Of a stretch of 64,000 nt of DNA, positions 47,558 to 58,459 are shown in pieces. The DNA is from Spirochaetia bacterium (GTDB lineage Bacteria; Spirochaetota; Spirochaetia; UBA9216). Within the stretch, counting starts at the first letter, position 1. Each line of letters starts with the position of its first letter. Under the pieces are notes generated by a model. The model was not told the origin of the DNA, ran no database searches, and worked only from the letters and a program-made list of their open reading frames with translations. The stretch covers positions 1,152,001 to 1,216,000 of the forward strand of contig CAXXYH010000004.1 of the NCBI GenBank assembly GCA_963677925.2, read 5' to 3'. The translations under genes were made by a program, and so were the position numbers.

Positions 47558-50370
47558 AAGAAAACAACAGGGCCGTCTACCTTCTCGACGGGTACAGCCT
47601 TATTTACCGTTCCTATTTTGCATTTATCAACAGACCGCTTATCAACTCGAAGGGGGAAAATACATCCGCAGTCTTCGGTTTTTTCAGAAGCATTGCAAAT
47701 CTCTTTGAGACATTCAAACCGGAATACTTTGCTGTTGTGCTTGATTCAAGAGTTCCGACATTCAGGCATGAACAGTATCCCGAATACAAGGCCAACCGTG
47801 AAAAAGCTCCGGACGATCTTCATGCACAGATTCCGGTAATTGAAAAGATTCTTGAAGCCATGAATCTGAAGATAGTCCGCAAGGACCGCTTTGAGGCTGA
47901 TGATATCATTGCCTATTTTGCCGGGATGGCCTCTTCCGAGGAGAGGCCCTGCTATATAATAACCGGCGATAAGGACCTGCTTCAGCTTGTTGATGATAAG
48001 GTCAGGATAATGAAGCCGGACAAGGGAGAGTATAAAATACTCGGACTTCCCGAGGTTGAAGAAGAATGGGGCGTCGGGCCTGAAAAGATCATAGACTACC
48101 TTGCCCTGACCGGCGACCAGGCTGATAATGTTCCCGGTGTACGCGGAATAGGTCCGAAAACTGCAGTCAAGCTTCTTTCCGAGTTCGGCGATCTTGACGG
48201 TGTTTATGCCAACCTCGATTCTCAGACCGCCTCGGTTAAAAAGAAACTTGAAGAGAGCAGGGAAAACGCCTACCTCAGCCGTGAACTTGTAACACTCAAG
48301 CCTGACTGCGGTCTGGAGCTTGGAATCGAATCACTTTCAGCTTCGGACTGGAAGCCTGCTGACGGAGCTGTACTTCTTCGTGAATACGAGGTTACAAGCG
48401 TTGCCGACAAGCTTTCCGGAGAAAACGGCGATTTTGCAGGCTCCGCAGGAACTGAAAGCAAGGCCGGTGGAAAAAAGGAAGCGGCAAAATCGCCCGAGCG
48501 GCTGTACGGCGGAGATCCTCTGTTTACAGGAATCTCAGGACTTGCACAGAAGCACTCAGTCTTTGCCGGCAAGGGAAAGTATGAGGCGGTTACCGATACT
48601 GATGCACTTGAAAAGCTTGCCCGGCAGGTCAGGAAGGCTGGTCTGTTTGCCTTTGACTGTGAAACTGACAGCCTTGATTCTGTTGCAGCGGTGCCCATAG
48701 GATTCTCAATCACTATTGAAGCAGGCTCGGGCTGGTATATTCCGCTTCGCGCTGCCGATGAATCAGGTGAAGTAAAAGATTACTTTGCTGATGAGCATGT
48801 CAGAAAGGTTCTGAAACCGCTTCTTGAAGATGAAGGTATTAAAGTCGTCGGGCAGAATATTAAATACGACTACAAGGTTCTTAAACGCTGGGGCATTCAG
48901 ATTAAGGGAATCTGCTTTGATACTATGACCGCTGCCTGGATGCTGGACAGCAGTCTCGGTCAGTTTAACATGGACCTGCTTGCTGAGCGTGCAATCGGCT
49001 ACCAGACAGTACACTACGATGATGTTGTACCTAAGAACGAGATTTTCGACAAGGTTGCTCTTGAAAATGCCGTGAACTATGCAGCCGAGGATACCGATAT
49101 TACATTCCGGCTCTATAAATGCTTTGAACCTGAACTCAAAGAACGGGGCATGATGAAGCTCTATAATGATATTGAACTTCCCCTGGTAACTGTTCTTGCC
49201 GAGATGGAGCTGCGGGGCATTATCATAGATGCTAAGCTTCTTTCAGACTTCGGAGTTGTCCTGGGTGAACAGCTTGAGACCATTAAGAATGAAATATATG
49301 AACTCTGCGGGATGGAGTTCAACATAAACTCGACAAAACAGCTGCAGGAAGTCCTTTTTGAAAAGCGGGGACTCAAGCCGATTAAGAAGACGAAAACCGG
49401 ATATTCTACCAATGTACAGGTCCTTGAAATACTTGCTGAGCAGGATCCTGTTCCGGAGAAAATACTCGAGCACCGAAGCCTTTCAAAGCTCAAGTCAACC
49501 TATGTTGATACCCTTCCTGCCCTTGTTAACAGCGAAACAGGACGCATTCATACCCAGTTTATACAGACGGGAACTGCAACCGGCCGCCTTTCTTCGAAGG
49601 ACCCGAACCTGCAGAATATTCCGGTAAAAACTGATAACGGCAGAAAGATAAGGGAAGCATTCATTCCTGCCGAAGGCTGCAGATTCCTCAGTGCCGACTA
49701 TTCCCAGATAGAGCTGGTTGTTCTGGCACATCTTTCCGGGGATGAGGGGCTTAAAAGGGCCTTCCTTGAGGGAGAGGATGTCCATAAGCAGACCGCCGCG
49801 CTTATATTCGATGTATTTCCGGAGTTTGTTACCCCCGATCAGCGCCGTGTGGCCAAGACAATCAACTTCGGCGTTATGTACGGTATGTCGGCATTCAGGC
49901 TGTCGAGGGAACTCAAGATTCCCCGAAAGACAGCAGATGAGTTTATAGGCGCCTACTTTGCCAGATACAAGCGGATAAAGGAATATATAGAAAAAATTGC
50001 CGATGAAGCAGGCTCCACAGGGATTGTTCACACAATAATGGGACATGAACGCTATATTCACGGCATAAACAGCAGAAACGCTACCGAAAGGGCAGGAGCT
50101 GAGCGGATTGCGCTGAATACTCCGATACAGGGTTCTGCTGCCGATATAGTCAAGATGGCAATGCTGGCTCTCGACAAGGAACTTGAACAGCGAAAGCTGA
50201 AATCCAGACTGCTGCTTCAGGTGCATGATGAACTCATATTTGAGGTTCCCGAAGATGAAATTGCCGAGATGGAAACACTTGTGAAATCGGTTATGGAATC
50301 AGTTTATAAGCTTGATATTCCGCTGCGGGTCAATGTTGAGATCGGTGCCTGCTGGGGAGACATGCATTAA
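47554..50370 (+). CDS. polA: DNA polymerase I
   Basis: 5'-3' exonuclease (YKANR, EADD); DYSQIEL; KTINFG; QVHDEL. Confidence 0.97.
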   Translation: MKENNRAVYLLDGYSLIYRSYFAFINRPLINSKGENTSAVFGFFRSIANLFETFKPEYFAVVLDSRVPTFRHEQYPEYKANREKAPDDLHAQIPVIEKILEAMNLKIVRKDRFEADDIIAYFAGMASSEERPCYIITGDKDLLQLVDDKVRIMKPDKGEYKILGLPEVEEEWGVGPEKIIDYLALTGDQADNVPGVRGIGPKTAVKLLSEFGDLDGVYANLDSQTASVKKKLEESRENAYLSRELVTLKPDCGLELGIESLSASDWKPADGAVLLREYEVTSVADKLSGENGDFAGSAGTESKAGGKKEAAKSPERLYGGDPLFTGISGLAQKHSVFAGKGKYEAVTDTDALEKLARQVRKAGLFAFDCETDSLDSVAAVPIGFSITIEAGSGWYIPLRAADESGEVKDYFADEHVRKVLKPLLEDEGIKVVGQNIKYDYKVLKRWGIQIKGICFDTMTAAWMLDSSLGQFNMDLLAERAIGYQTVHYDDVVPKNEIFDKVALENAVNYAAEDTDITFRLYKCFEPELKERGMMKLYNDIELPLVTVLAEMELRGIIIDAKLLSDFGVVLGEQLETIKNEIYELCGMEFNINSTKQLQEVLFEKRGLKPIKKTKTGYSTNVQVLEILAEQDPVPEKILEHRSLSKLKSTYVDTLPALVNSETGRIHTQFIQTGTATGRLSSKDPNLQNIPVKTDNGRKIREAFIPAEGCRFLSADYSQIELVVLAHLSGDEGLKRAFLEGEDVHKQTAALIFDVFPEFVTPDQRRVAKTINFGVMYGMSAFRLSRELKIPRKTADEFIGAYFARYKRIKEYIEKIADEAGSTGIVHTIMGHERYIHGINSRNATERAGAERIALNTPIQGSAADIVKMAMLALDKELEQRKLKSRLLLQVHDELIFEVPEDEIAEMETLVKSVMESVYKLDIPLRVNVEIGACWGDMH

Positions 50371-50978
50371 TGGTTATCGGACTTACCGGTAAATACTGTG
50401 CCGGGAAGAATGCTGTATCTGCAGTTCTTGAAGAAGCAGGCGCTGCTGTTATCGATGTTGATAAGCTGGGACATCAGGCCCTTGCTGAAAACAGCTTAAA
50501 AATTGCAGATGTATTCGGAAAGGATATTATTGATCCTGACGGCAGTGTTAACCGCCGGAAGCTCGGGGCTGTGGTTTTCTCGGACCCGTCTATGCTTGCC
50601 AAGCTTGAATCCATAAGCCATCCGTGGATGGTGGAAAAGACCCGCCGGCTGATAACAGAATATCAGACTGCCGGAAAAGAGAATGTGATTATCAATGCGG
50701 CAATCCTTCTTCATATGAAACTGCATGTTCTGTGTTCAGCGGTTATCTGGGTTGATGCACCGTTTTTTACCAGAATCGACAGAGGCATGAAGCGCGATAA
50801 TATGGGGCTGTCGGCCGTACTCAAAAGAATTTGGTCACAGCGTTCACTCAAAGCTCAACCATTAAGGAAATATGTCGATACTTATACTATAAGGAATTCT
50901 GACGGAACTGATCTTCTGAACAGTAAAGTCAGAACTTTGCTTGAGGAAATAGAACAGAAGGGACGAAATGGAAGATAG
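50370..50978 (+). CDS. coaE: Dephospho-CoA kinase
   Basis: IGLTGKYCAGK; NRRKLGAVVF; LESISHP. Confidence 0.92.
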   Translation: MVIGLTGKYCAGKNAVSAVLEEAGAAVIDVDKLGHQALAENSLKIADVFGKDIIDPDGSVNRRKLGAVVFSDPSMLAKLESISHPWMVEKTRRLITEYQTAGKENVIINAAILLHMKLHVLCSAVIWVDAPFFTRIDRGMKRDNMGLSAVLKRIWSQRSLKAQPLRKYVDTYTIRNSDGTDLLNSKVRTLLEEIEQKGRNGR

Positions 50979-51675
50979 AAAAACCCTGTGGATAATTTTT
51001 GCACTTGGCGTGATGGTACTTGTTGTTGTCGGAATCGGATTCTTCTGGTTTCTGCCTGATGACAGAGCAACTGCCGGTGCCGGAGCCGCCAATAATAATG
51101 CTTCATTAGCTGGTAAATCGGGTTTTGACCCGGTCGAATGGGTCAGAAAGGATGAGGTTTTTACCGACCTTGAAGACAACAAGGATGCATCAGAAGACTT
51201 CGTTGTAACATCCGAAGAGCTTGTTTACGGTATGCCGGAGAATACCGGGATCGAAGGCACGGGAACTGCTGAAGGAACTGCTGCCGACAGGGAAATCACC
51301 CTTGAGCTTCCCCAGGTTGTTCAGGATAAGCAGGCTGTCGCCGCAAGACCGGTTGTCAGTACACCTGCTGCAGCTGCTCCTGTTAAGGCTCCCGAACCGA
51401 AGACGACAGAGAGACAGGCTGTCAGAACAACCGAGTACTGGATTCAGGCCGGTTCATTTTCTTCACTTGGAAAGGCTACCGATGTTAAGGAAAGGCTTTC
51501 TGAAGAAGGTATAACCTGCACAATAACTACCACTGAAGTTAACGGAAGCAGTTATTACCGTGTAAGGCTCGGACCTTACACCGAAAAGCAGGAAGCAGGT
51601 AAGTTTCTTGAATGGATCAAGGCGATCCGGGGCTTTGAAAGCAGCTACATTTCAGAGGTTTACGTTACTAAATAG
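50968..51675 (+). CDS. SPOR domain cell-division protein
   Basis: TM helix; YWIQAGSF...YYRVRLGPY. Confidence 0.88.
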   Translation: MEDRKTLWIIFALGVMVLVVVGIGFFWFLPDDRATAGAGAANNNASLAGKSGFDPVEWVRKDEVFTDLEDNKDASEDFVVTSEELVYGMPENTGIEGTGTAEGTAADREITLELPQVVQDKQAVAARPVVSTPAAAAPVKAPEPKTTERQAVRTTEYWIQAGSFSSLGKATDVKERLSEEGITCTITTTEVNGSSYYRVRLGPYTEKQEAGKFLEWIKAIRGFESSYISEVYVTK

Positions 51676-51727
51676 GTAAAAAGGGCACTGCCGGTAACCC
51701 GCCGCAGAGGCTCATAAAATTGGGTTC

Positions 51728-51760
51728 TATCGGTTCCGCGCAAGCGGGCCGATTTTTTTT
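51728..51760 (+). terminator. Intrinsic terminator
   Basis: ATCGG-TTCCGC-GCAA-GCGG-GCCGAT followed by a long T-tract. Confidence 0.8.
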
Positions 51761-51855
51761 GTTTTTGTAATCAGCTGGAATCCTGAATAAAAGTACCTGA
51801 AGATTGTACTTATAGCTGTATATTGTCTATCATAGAAACAATAAGGAGATTAACT

Positions 51856-52800
51856 ATGAAAAATAATTTCGAGGCGGAAATCAGGGGTAAGGGCTTTTTC
51901 AAAACCTTCATCCTTTTTTATATTCCGATTTTGATACTGGCTGCCGGTTCGACGGCTCTGAATGAATCAGTACCTGCCCTGTCGGTTATTATGGAGATAA
52001 TTTATTCCTTTCTGTCAGCACTCCTTGGCTTTGCCTTTGTAGCATACGCGGTAGGTCAAGTCAGATTTCTGGGTTCCAATTTTGAGTTTACCGGAAGTAT
52101 AAAAGAGTTTGCTCCTAAACTGATAAAGTGGCTGCTTCTCACAATGATAACTCTTGGAATCTATTCGCCCTGGTACCTTAAGGGTTATATGAATTATTAC
52201 CTTTCAAATATTCATCTGAATGGAAAAGACGGAGAACTGTTAAGCAGACCGGGGAAACTCTTAAAATATTTTATTCTGGCCTTTCTGCTTCCGGTGCTTG
52301 TTCTGACAGGTATTTATGTCTTTTTCATGGCCCGTTCATACGACCCCTACTTCTACAGCGGTACTGTTGCCGTTTCAACCTTCATGTTTGTAATATTCAT
52401 CTTCCTGGTGATGATTCCTTTTATCTACTATTACGCCGCATGGATTGTGAATATCCGCTACAGCGGTCTTAATGTCCGTTTTGAAAGATCCATGGGTTCA
52501 TTTGCCGGTTTCCTTGTATCCCAGATACTTCTTACCATAATAACTGCAGGTATCTACTATCCTGCAGCAATTGTTAAGATTTACCGCTATATAGTTTCGG
52601 GTTCGAATATCTACAACAGTGAAGGTGAGCTTGTCGGCAACGGAGGCTTTGAAGGAACAGCCGGAAAGGGCTTTCTTCTGCTCTGGGGGCAGGGGCTTTT
52701 ATGTATCATCACTATAGGTATTTATTCACCCTGGGCAATGAGTAAGGTTTCCAACTGGTATTTGAATAATACCTACACCGAAGGTGAAATAAGCATTTAA
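51856..52800 (+). CDS. DUF898/YjgN family membrane protein
   Basis: Repeated LLTxITLGIYSPW motifs. Confidence 0.82.
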   Translation: MKNNFEAEIRGKGFFKTFILFYIPILILAAGSTALNESVPALSVIMEIIYSFLSALLGFAFVAYAVGQVRFLGSNFEFTGSIKEFAPKLIKWLLLTMITLGIYSPWYLKGYMNYYLSNIHLNGKDGELLSRPGKLLKYFILAFLLPVLVLTGIYVFFMARSYDPYFYSGTVAVSTFMFVIFIFLVMIPFIYYYAAWIVNIRYSGLNVRFERSMGSFAGFLVSQILLTIITAGIYYPAAIVKIYRYIVSGSNIYNSEGELVGNGGFEGTAGKGFLLLWGQGLLCIITIGIYSPWAMSKVSNWYLNNTYTEGEISI

Positions 52801-52850
52801 TCTGCAGTCTAAGAGCTTCTTTCAAAACTCGGTTATTTTTGAAATTACCT

Positions 52851-53228
52851 CTATGAAATAATTTTTAATATTAGCATTGTTATCAGGGCAGCCCAGAGCA
52901 GTATTATTACTGCCGCGGCTGCCTTGTTTTTTTTAAGCTCAGGCGGATTTTCATCAGCCTGCTTTTCAGCTTCAGCCAGTACATGCTCCGGAATCAGCTT
53001 TATTGTAAGCATTATGAATAAAGGCAGCAGGATTAGGTCATCAAGCAGGCCGAGTACCGGTATGAAGTCCGGAATCAGATCTACAGGGCTCATTGCATAG
53101 GCTATTGTGATTACTGCCATTATTTTTGCAGGAAGCCCTGTATCAGGAGACTGCAGTGCAATATAGAGCACTGCAGTCTTTTTTTTAATGTCTGAAGCCT
53201 TCTGTTTAAGGCTGCTTAAAAGACTCAT
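52851..53228 (-). CDS. DUF1232/YkvA family protein
   Basis: YAMSPVDLIPDFIPVLGLLDD. Confidence 0.92.
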   Translation of the reverse strand: MSLLSSLKQKASDIKKKTAVLYIALQSPDTGLPAKIMAVITIAYAMSPVDLIPDFIPVLGLLDDLILLPLFIMLTIKLIPEHVLAEAEKQADENPPELKKNKAAAAVIILLWAALITMLILKIIS

Positions 53229-54565
53229 TTGTCTTTCAGTGTTTCGGGCTCTCCCTTATTTACCTTGCCCATAACCAGGAAGGCAATGGCCATGAATACA
53301 GCTGCATTGATAAAAATAATCCTGTCTCCGAAGAGGTCTCTGAGCCCTCCGGTCAATACAGGGGCTACAATACCTGCGGCCTGTGAGAAGAAATAATAAA
53401 GTCCTGTGTAAATTCCCATGTCCTTGTATGTGGCCATCTGCCAGAGCATGGGAAATGAGTTGGTTACAATCGAAACCCAGAACATTCCGAAAAGGAAGAG
53501 AAGTACCCAGAAGCTGAGATAGCTTGCGGTCTGCGAAAATCCGAGTGCTGTAGTAATTGGATGGTGAAGGAAGCAGAGAAGAAGTACGACAGCAATCACT
53601 ACAAGCGAGAACCTGATAGCCTTCTTTCTTCCAACCTTATGGGCTATAACCCCGGAGGGGATTGCAAACAGAGCGTAGGCAATTCCTACCATGCCTGAGG
53701 AGAGAGCCGCGGTTCCGGGTGAAAGGCCGAGGTATTCCTTCGAGTAGATACCGACCCAGGGAAGCACGCCCTGGTAGCCTATGAACCACAGAAGCAGTGA
53801 TATTAGTATGAACAGCGCACTTTTATCTTCCGCTGCAAGAATCAGTTTCAGAGATTTGAATACCGGTGCGCTTTCCTCTTCCGAGCCTTCAGGATTTTTT
53901 TTCTCCTTTACGAAGAAGAAAAGCAGGAGAACCGCAACAATTACCAGTACTCCGGCAAGTACAAAGGGCAGTTTGCCGATGTAGGTTGATTCCCTGCCGG
54001 CAACTGTTGTCTCAAAGGGGACTACGCTGTCGCCGAAGAGCGGTATTCTTACTTTCACATCGTAGAGCTTTGCAAGAGCGACTGTGCCGACTATTGCTGC
54101 TATTCCGCCCATGGTGTTGATAACGCCGTTTGCCTCCGAACGGTATTCTCCGGGGATTATATCCGGCATAAGAGCTACAACCGGTCCTCTTGCCGCCTGC
54201 TTGAAAAGGTTCAGGAAGAATATACAGATGATGAGGAACATCATTGATTTAAGAGCTGCAGTCGGCATCAGCGAAAACAGAATTGCGGTTGCCGGCAGGG
54301 TTACGATGATGAAGGGCATCCTCCGCCCAATCGGAGTCCTTGTCCGGTCGGACATGGCTGAAAAAATCGGGATCAGCAGGATTGCGAAGAAATTATCAAT
54401 TCCCATAATTCCGCCGACAAGCCCGTCGGATGAGAGATAGTTCCGCAGGAACATCGGAACGTAGGTATCGTAAAGGGGATCCATAAGGCCCATGGTGAAG
54501 AACCCAAGGCCGATTAGAAAGGTGATGCCGTAATAGGCTTTCATTCCTTCTTTTTTACTGTCCAT
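53225..54565 (-). CDS. MFS sugar transporter (SLC45/maltose-like)
   Basis: SDRTRTPIGRRMPF; ALMPD; about 12 TM helices. Confidence 0.85.
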   Translation of the reverse strand: MDSKKEGMKAYYGITFLIGLGFFTMGLMDPLYDTYVPMFLRNYLSSDGLVGGIMGIDNFFAILLIPIFSAMSDRTRTPIGRRMPFIIVTLPATAILFSLMPTAALKSMMFLIICIFFLNLFKQAARGPVVALMPDIIPGEYRSEANGVINTMGGIAAIVGTVALAKLYDVKVRIPLFGDSVVPFETTVAGRESTYIGKLPFVLAGVLVIVAVLLLFFFVKEKKNPEGSEEESAPVFKSLKLILAAEDKSALFILISLLLWFIGYQGVLPWVGIYSKEYLGLSPGTAALSSGMVGIAYALFAIPSGVIAHKVGRKKAIRFSLVVIAVVLLLCFLHHPITTALGFSQTASYLSFWVLLFLFGMFWVSIVTNSFPMLWQMATYKDMGIYTGLYYFFSQAAGIVAPVLTGGLRDLFGDRIIFINAAVFMAIAFLVMGKVNKGEPETLKDK

Positions 54566-54684
54566 AATTACCTTCTTTTATAATGATGATTAACCTTAAA
54601 ACCATGGATAAGGTTTGTCAAGAATTGATTTTAAAGCGGTTAGGATAGAGTTAATATTACCCTTTGTGATATTATCTGCTGTAT

Positions 54685-55815
54685 ATGCTTAAAGATAATT
54701 CCGACTGGAAAAAAGCTCTGCAGAACCGGATTGACGATCTTTCCGGACTGATTGATGCACTGAAAGAATACGAATCCGGCTCAATAGAAGCCTTCTCACC
54801 TGTATCAGAATTTAAAGGCTGGCTAGCTGAAAACCCGGAGCGAGGGCGTTCCCATCTTCCCTTTGCGGTCACCCGGTATTATCTTGGGCTTGCATTCAGA
54901 GCGGGGCTTCAGGAGGCTGACAGGCTGGCGGTTATGCGGCAGGCAATACCCTCAAAACGGGAGTTCAGTACTGCTGCTTATGAACTTAAGGATCCGCTTG
55001 GTGAAACCAAATATTCTCCATGCAGCCGCTTTATCCACCGCTACCCTGACCGTGCGCTTATACTTACTGCCGACAGCTGCGGAGTTTTTTGCCGCCACTG
55101 TTTTCGCCGTGAGTTTTCAGGTCAGCTTTCCGGAGCGCTGAAGCCTGCAGAACTTAAGACTATCTGCGAATATATTGCCGCTCATTCTGAAATTGGGGAG
55201 ATACTGCTTTCAGGCGGTGATCCGATGACACTCTCAGATGAAAAGCTATTTGAGATAATAAACAGCATTAAGGCTGTCCGTCCCGGCATGATCATCAGAC
55301 TCTGCAGCAGGATGCCGGTAGTGCTTCCATCACGGATCACGCCGAAGTTTACCACTATGCTCAGCAGTTTCAGCGGTATATGGATGGTTACCCATTTCAA
55401 TACAGCTGCCGAGGTAACAGCTGAAGCAGCCGCCGCTGTTAAAGAGATGATAAAAGCCGGCGTTCCTGTCCTTAACCAGACGGTGCTGTTATGCGGTGTA
55501 AACGATTCTCCGGAGCATCTTGCCAGCCTTTTCAGGATGCTTCTCGCAGCCGGAGTGAAGCCTTATTATCTTTTTCAGGGAGATCTTGCCGCGGGAACCT
55601 CGCATCTCCGGGTTCCTTTGAAAAAGTCACTGCAGATAGTAGCGGAGCTGCGGACTATGGTTTCAGGAATGGCAATGCCGAAGTTTGCAGTCGATCTTCC
55701 AGGCGGCGGAGGGAAGGTGACACTTCCCGACGGATGTGAGATTATAAGGAAGGACGATAACTACTACTATTTCAGGGGTACAGATGATAGAGAATACTCT
55801 TATCCAGCAGATTGA
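54685..55815 (+). CDS. KamA family radical SAM protein (lysine 2,3-aminomutase-like)
   Basis: HRYPDR; CGVFCRHCFRR; LSGGDP; PGGGGK. Confidence 0.9.
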   Translation: MLKDNSDWKKALQNRIDDLSGLIDALKEYESGSIEAFSPVSEFKGWLAENPERGRSHLPFAVTRYYLGLAFRAGLQEADRLAVMRQAIPSKREFSTAAYELKDPLGETKYSPCSRFIHRYPDRALILTADSCGVFCRHCFRREFSGQLSGALKPAELKTICEYIAAHSEIGEILLSGGDPMTLSDEKLFEIINSIKAVRPGMIIRLCSRMPVVLPSRITPKFTTMLSSFSGIWMVTHFNTAAEVTAEAAAAVKEMIKAGVPVLNQTVLLCGVNDSPEHLASLFRMLLAAGVKPYYLFQGDLAAGTSHLRVPLKKSLQIVAELRTMVSGMAMPKFAVDLPGGGGKVTLPDGCEIIRKDDNYYYFRGTDDREYSYPAD

Positions 55816-57130
55816 GGACTGGTTTAAAACATATTCGGAAAGTTTCTGCTCCGGCGGGGAAAGCCTTGTTCATAATATCAGACTCAAAATTAACCACACA
55901 TACAAGGTTGTTGATGCTGCAGCTCAGCTTGCTGATGCCCTGAAGCTTGAAGGACGTCAGAGGCAGATTGCCGTTCTTTGTTCCCTTCTTCATGACTGCG
56001 GCCGTTTTGAGCAGTTTAAGAAATACGGCACATATATGGATATAAAATCCGAGGACCACGGCGATCTGGGAGTGAAGGTTCTGAAACAGGAGAAAGTTCT
56101 TGAATCTATAGAAGAAAAAGATCGTGATATTATTTTCTCTGCCGTTGCACATCATAACGCGAAGATTGTTCCCGGCGGACTCACCCCCGAACAGCTGTTT
56201 TTCACCGAGCTGACACGGGATGCCGACAAGATTGATATCTACCGGGTCTTAAGTGAGTACTACAGTAATAATGATCCGGATAAGGACCAGTCGGTTACAT
56301 TTTATCTGCCCGAAGCTGCTGATATATGTGATGCCGTTTTCAATGAATACACAGAAAGCGGCAGAATATCCTTTAAAAACCTTGCTAGTGTTCAGGATTT
56401 TGTCTTTGTTCAGCTCAGCTGGATCAAGGATCTTAACCATCGTGAGTCTTTGCGCATAATACATAAAAGCGCTTATCTTGATGATATTGCTGCAAAGCTT
56501 CCCGATACTGACCGGGGGCGGAGGGTTCGTAAAGACTGTCTGGGAGTATTTGAGTCCATAGAAAATGAAAAGCACCTCGACTGGACTGAGAATTCCAGGG
56601 AAGAGATGGTGGACTGCAGGATATTCAAGATACATACCTCTATGCGGACATCAAGCGATCAGAATGTATCAAAGGCCTATCTGCTTGAAGCCCCGGGCTG
56701 GGTGACGGTGATTCCGGTAATTGAGAAATCTGACGGTAAGTATTTTCTTATGGTCAGGCAGTACCGGCACGGCTCAAAGGAAATTACCACGGAGTTTCCC
56801 GCGGGAACAGTGGAGCCGGGAGAGGAACCGGAAACCGCAGCGGCAAGAGAGCTTCTTGAGGAGACCGGCTACAGTTCGGATAAACTTACCTGGCTGGGAA
56901 GCGTTAACCCCAATCCTGCCTTTTTTATGAATAAATTCACCGTGTTTCTCGCGGAGGAGCTTGTACATAAGGGCGAACAGGAACTTGATGATACTGAATT
57001 TGTGGACTTTGAAATGGTTCCGGCTGAAACTGTGATTAACCGTATGGGAAGCTCAGAGTACGGCAACGGTACTATGATGATTGCTCTGGCATATTATCTG
57101 AGGGCGGAAGGCCGCTTTGGAGGAAAATGA
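55784..57130 (+). CDS. HD-domain / NUDIX hydrolase fusion
   Basis: LKINH...LLHDCGRFEQ...RDADKID, then EFPAGTVEPGE...AARELLEETG. Confidence 0.85.
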   Translation: MIENTLIQQIEDWFKTYSESFCSGGESLVHNIRLKINHTYKVVDAAAQLADALKLEGRQRQIAVLCSLLHDCGRFEQFKKYGTYMDIKSEDHGDLGVKVLKQEKVLESIEEKDRDIIFSAVAHHNAKIVPGGLTPEQLFFTELTRDADKIDIYRVLSEYYSNNDPDKDQSVTFYLPEAADICDAVFNEYTESGRISFKNLASVQDFVFVQLSWIKDLNHRESLRIIHKSAYLDDIAAKLPDTDRGRRVRKDCLGVFESIENEKHLDWTENSREEMVDCRIFKIHTSMRTSSDQNVSKAYLLEAPGWVTVIPVIEKSDGKYFLMVRQYRHGSKEITTEFPAGTVEPGEEPETAAARELLEETGYSSDKLTWLGSVNPNPAFFMNKFTVFLAEELVHKGEQELDDTEFVDFEMVPAETVINRMGSSEYGNGTMMIALAYYLRAEGRFGGK

Positions 57131-57564
57131 TGAAAGTAATTGAAGGTTTTAGGATTTTTCTGCATCTTCTTGTCGGGCTGGGTGCATGCGGCGGAGGTTT
57201 CGGTGCATTGATGGATCCCTTTGCACCAATGGGGCTGTCCTCTGAAGCTCTTAAAACAGGACCCTTTGAAACCTTTCTGGTTCCCGGACTCTTTCTGTTT
57301 ATAGTGCTGGGTCTGGGGAACCTGCTGGTGCTTTTTCTTACCAGACTGCTTCCTGAGTTCAAAGGTTACGGCACTGCCGCTATAGGCGCAGTACTTGCTC
57401 TCTGGATCATTATTCAGTGCATTTTTCTTCAGGGAGTAGTTTCCCTGCATGTCATATTTTTTATCATCGGAGCTGTTCAGGCTGTAATCGGTATTCTTTA
57501 TATCAACCGGCTGGAACAGTGGCCTGTTTACGGACTTGCCTGTGCAGTGAGGATGAAAAAATGA
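57127..57564 (+). CDS. Membrane hypothetical protein
   Basis: Four TM helices; PFETFLVPGLFLF motif. Confidence 0.7.
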   Translation: MMKVIEGFRIFLHLLVGLGACGGGFGALMDPFAPMGLSSEALKTGPFETFLVPGLFLFIVLGLGNLLVLFLTRLLPEFKGYGTAAIGAVLALWIIIQCIFLQGVVSLHVIFFIIGAVQAVIGILYINRLEQWPVYGLACAVRMKK

Positions 57565-58457
57565 AATACAGATTTCATACATGTGATGTATTTACAGACA
57601 GGATGTTCGGAGGCAATCAGCTTGCGGTTTTTCCCGAGGCTGAGGGCCTGAGCACGGATCAGATGCAGCAGCTTACGCGTGAGTTTAACTTTTCCGAATG
57701 CACCTTTGTTTTGCCTCCGGAAAAAGGCGGCAGCAGAAGGGTCAGAATCTTCACTCCCGAGAGGGAAGTCCCCTTTGCCGGACATCCGAATGTCGGCACC
57801 GCCTTTGTCCTGCTCACCGAGGGCTATGCAGAATCTGATGAATCAAAGCCTCTTTTTTTTGAAGAACCGGCCGGAATGGTCCCGGTTTCCTTCAGGAAAA
57901 ACGGCGGCAGTTATATCTGCGAGCTTGAAGCCCCTGAGGCTTTCAGCACAGGCATCAGGCTTGATCCGGCACAGGTTGCTCCTTCCGTCGGCCTGTCGCC
58001 TGATGATATAAAAACCTCGGTTCATATGCCTGAGCAGGCTTCGGTCGGTTTTCCCTTTCTGATGACGGAGCTTGTTTCTGTTGATGCCCTCCGCCGTGCC
58101 GAACCGGATCTGTCCGCCATGAAGCAGCTTAAGGCTGTGGATGAACATCTGAATATTCATCTCTATGTGCGGTCCAGCGATGAATACGATCTGCGAACGA
58201 GGATGTTCGCGCCGCTGGACGGCATCTTTGAAGACCCGGCCACCGGAAGCGCGAACTGTGCACTTGCGGCATATCTTGCAAGCCTGGAACCGGATGACAG
58301 CTGCAGTCTTGATCTCCGTATAGGGCAGGGGATAGAAATGGGACGGCCGAGTCTTCTGCAGGCAAGGGCTCTGAAAGAACAGGGTAGGGTCGTCTCCGCG
58401 CATATAGGCGGAAACTGCGTTATGGTCACATCCGGAACGGTTGATTTACAGGAGTAG
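57561..58457 (+). CDS. PhzF family isomerase
   Basis: DVFT...GGNQLAV; FSECTF; PFAGHP; EDPATGSA. Confidence 0.93.
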   Translation: MKYRFHTCDVFTDRMFGGNQLAVFPEAEGLSTDQMQQLTREFNFSECTFVLPPEKGGSRRVRIFTPEREVPFAGHPNVGTAFVLLTEGYAESDESKPLFFEEPAGMVPVSFRKNGGSYICELEAPEAFSTGIRLDPAQVAPSVGLSPDDIKTSVHMPEQASVGFPFLMTELVSVDALRRAEPDLSAMKQLKAVDEHLNIHLYVRSSDEYDLRTRMFAPLDGIFEDPATGSANCALAAYLASLEPDDSCSLDLRIGQGIEMGRPSLLQARALKEQGRVVSAHIGGNCVMVTSGTVDLQE

Positions 58458-58459
58458 AG

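Noticed and set aside
51680-51750. c-di-GMP-I riboswitch on the minus strand (GCGGGTTACCG)
   Set aside because: It lacks the GGCAAAC/GAAA P2 stem and has no gene downstream on that strand.
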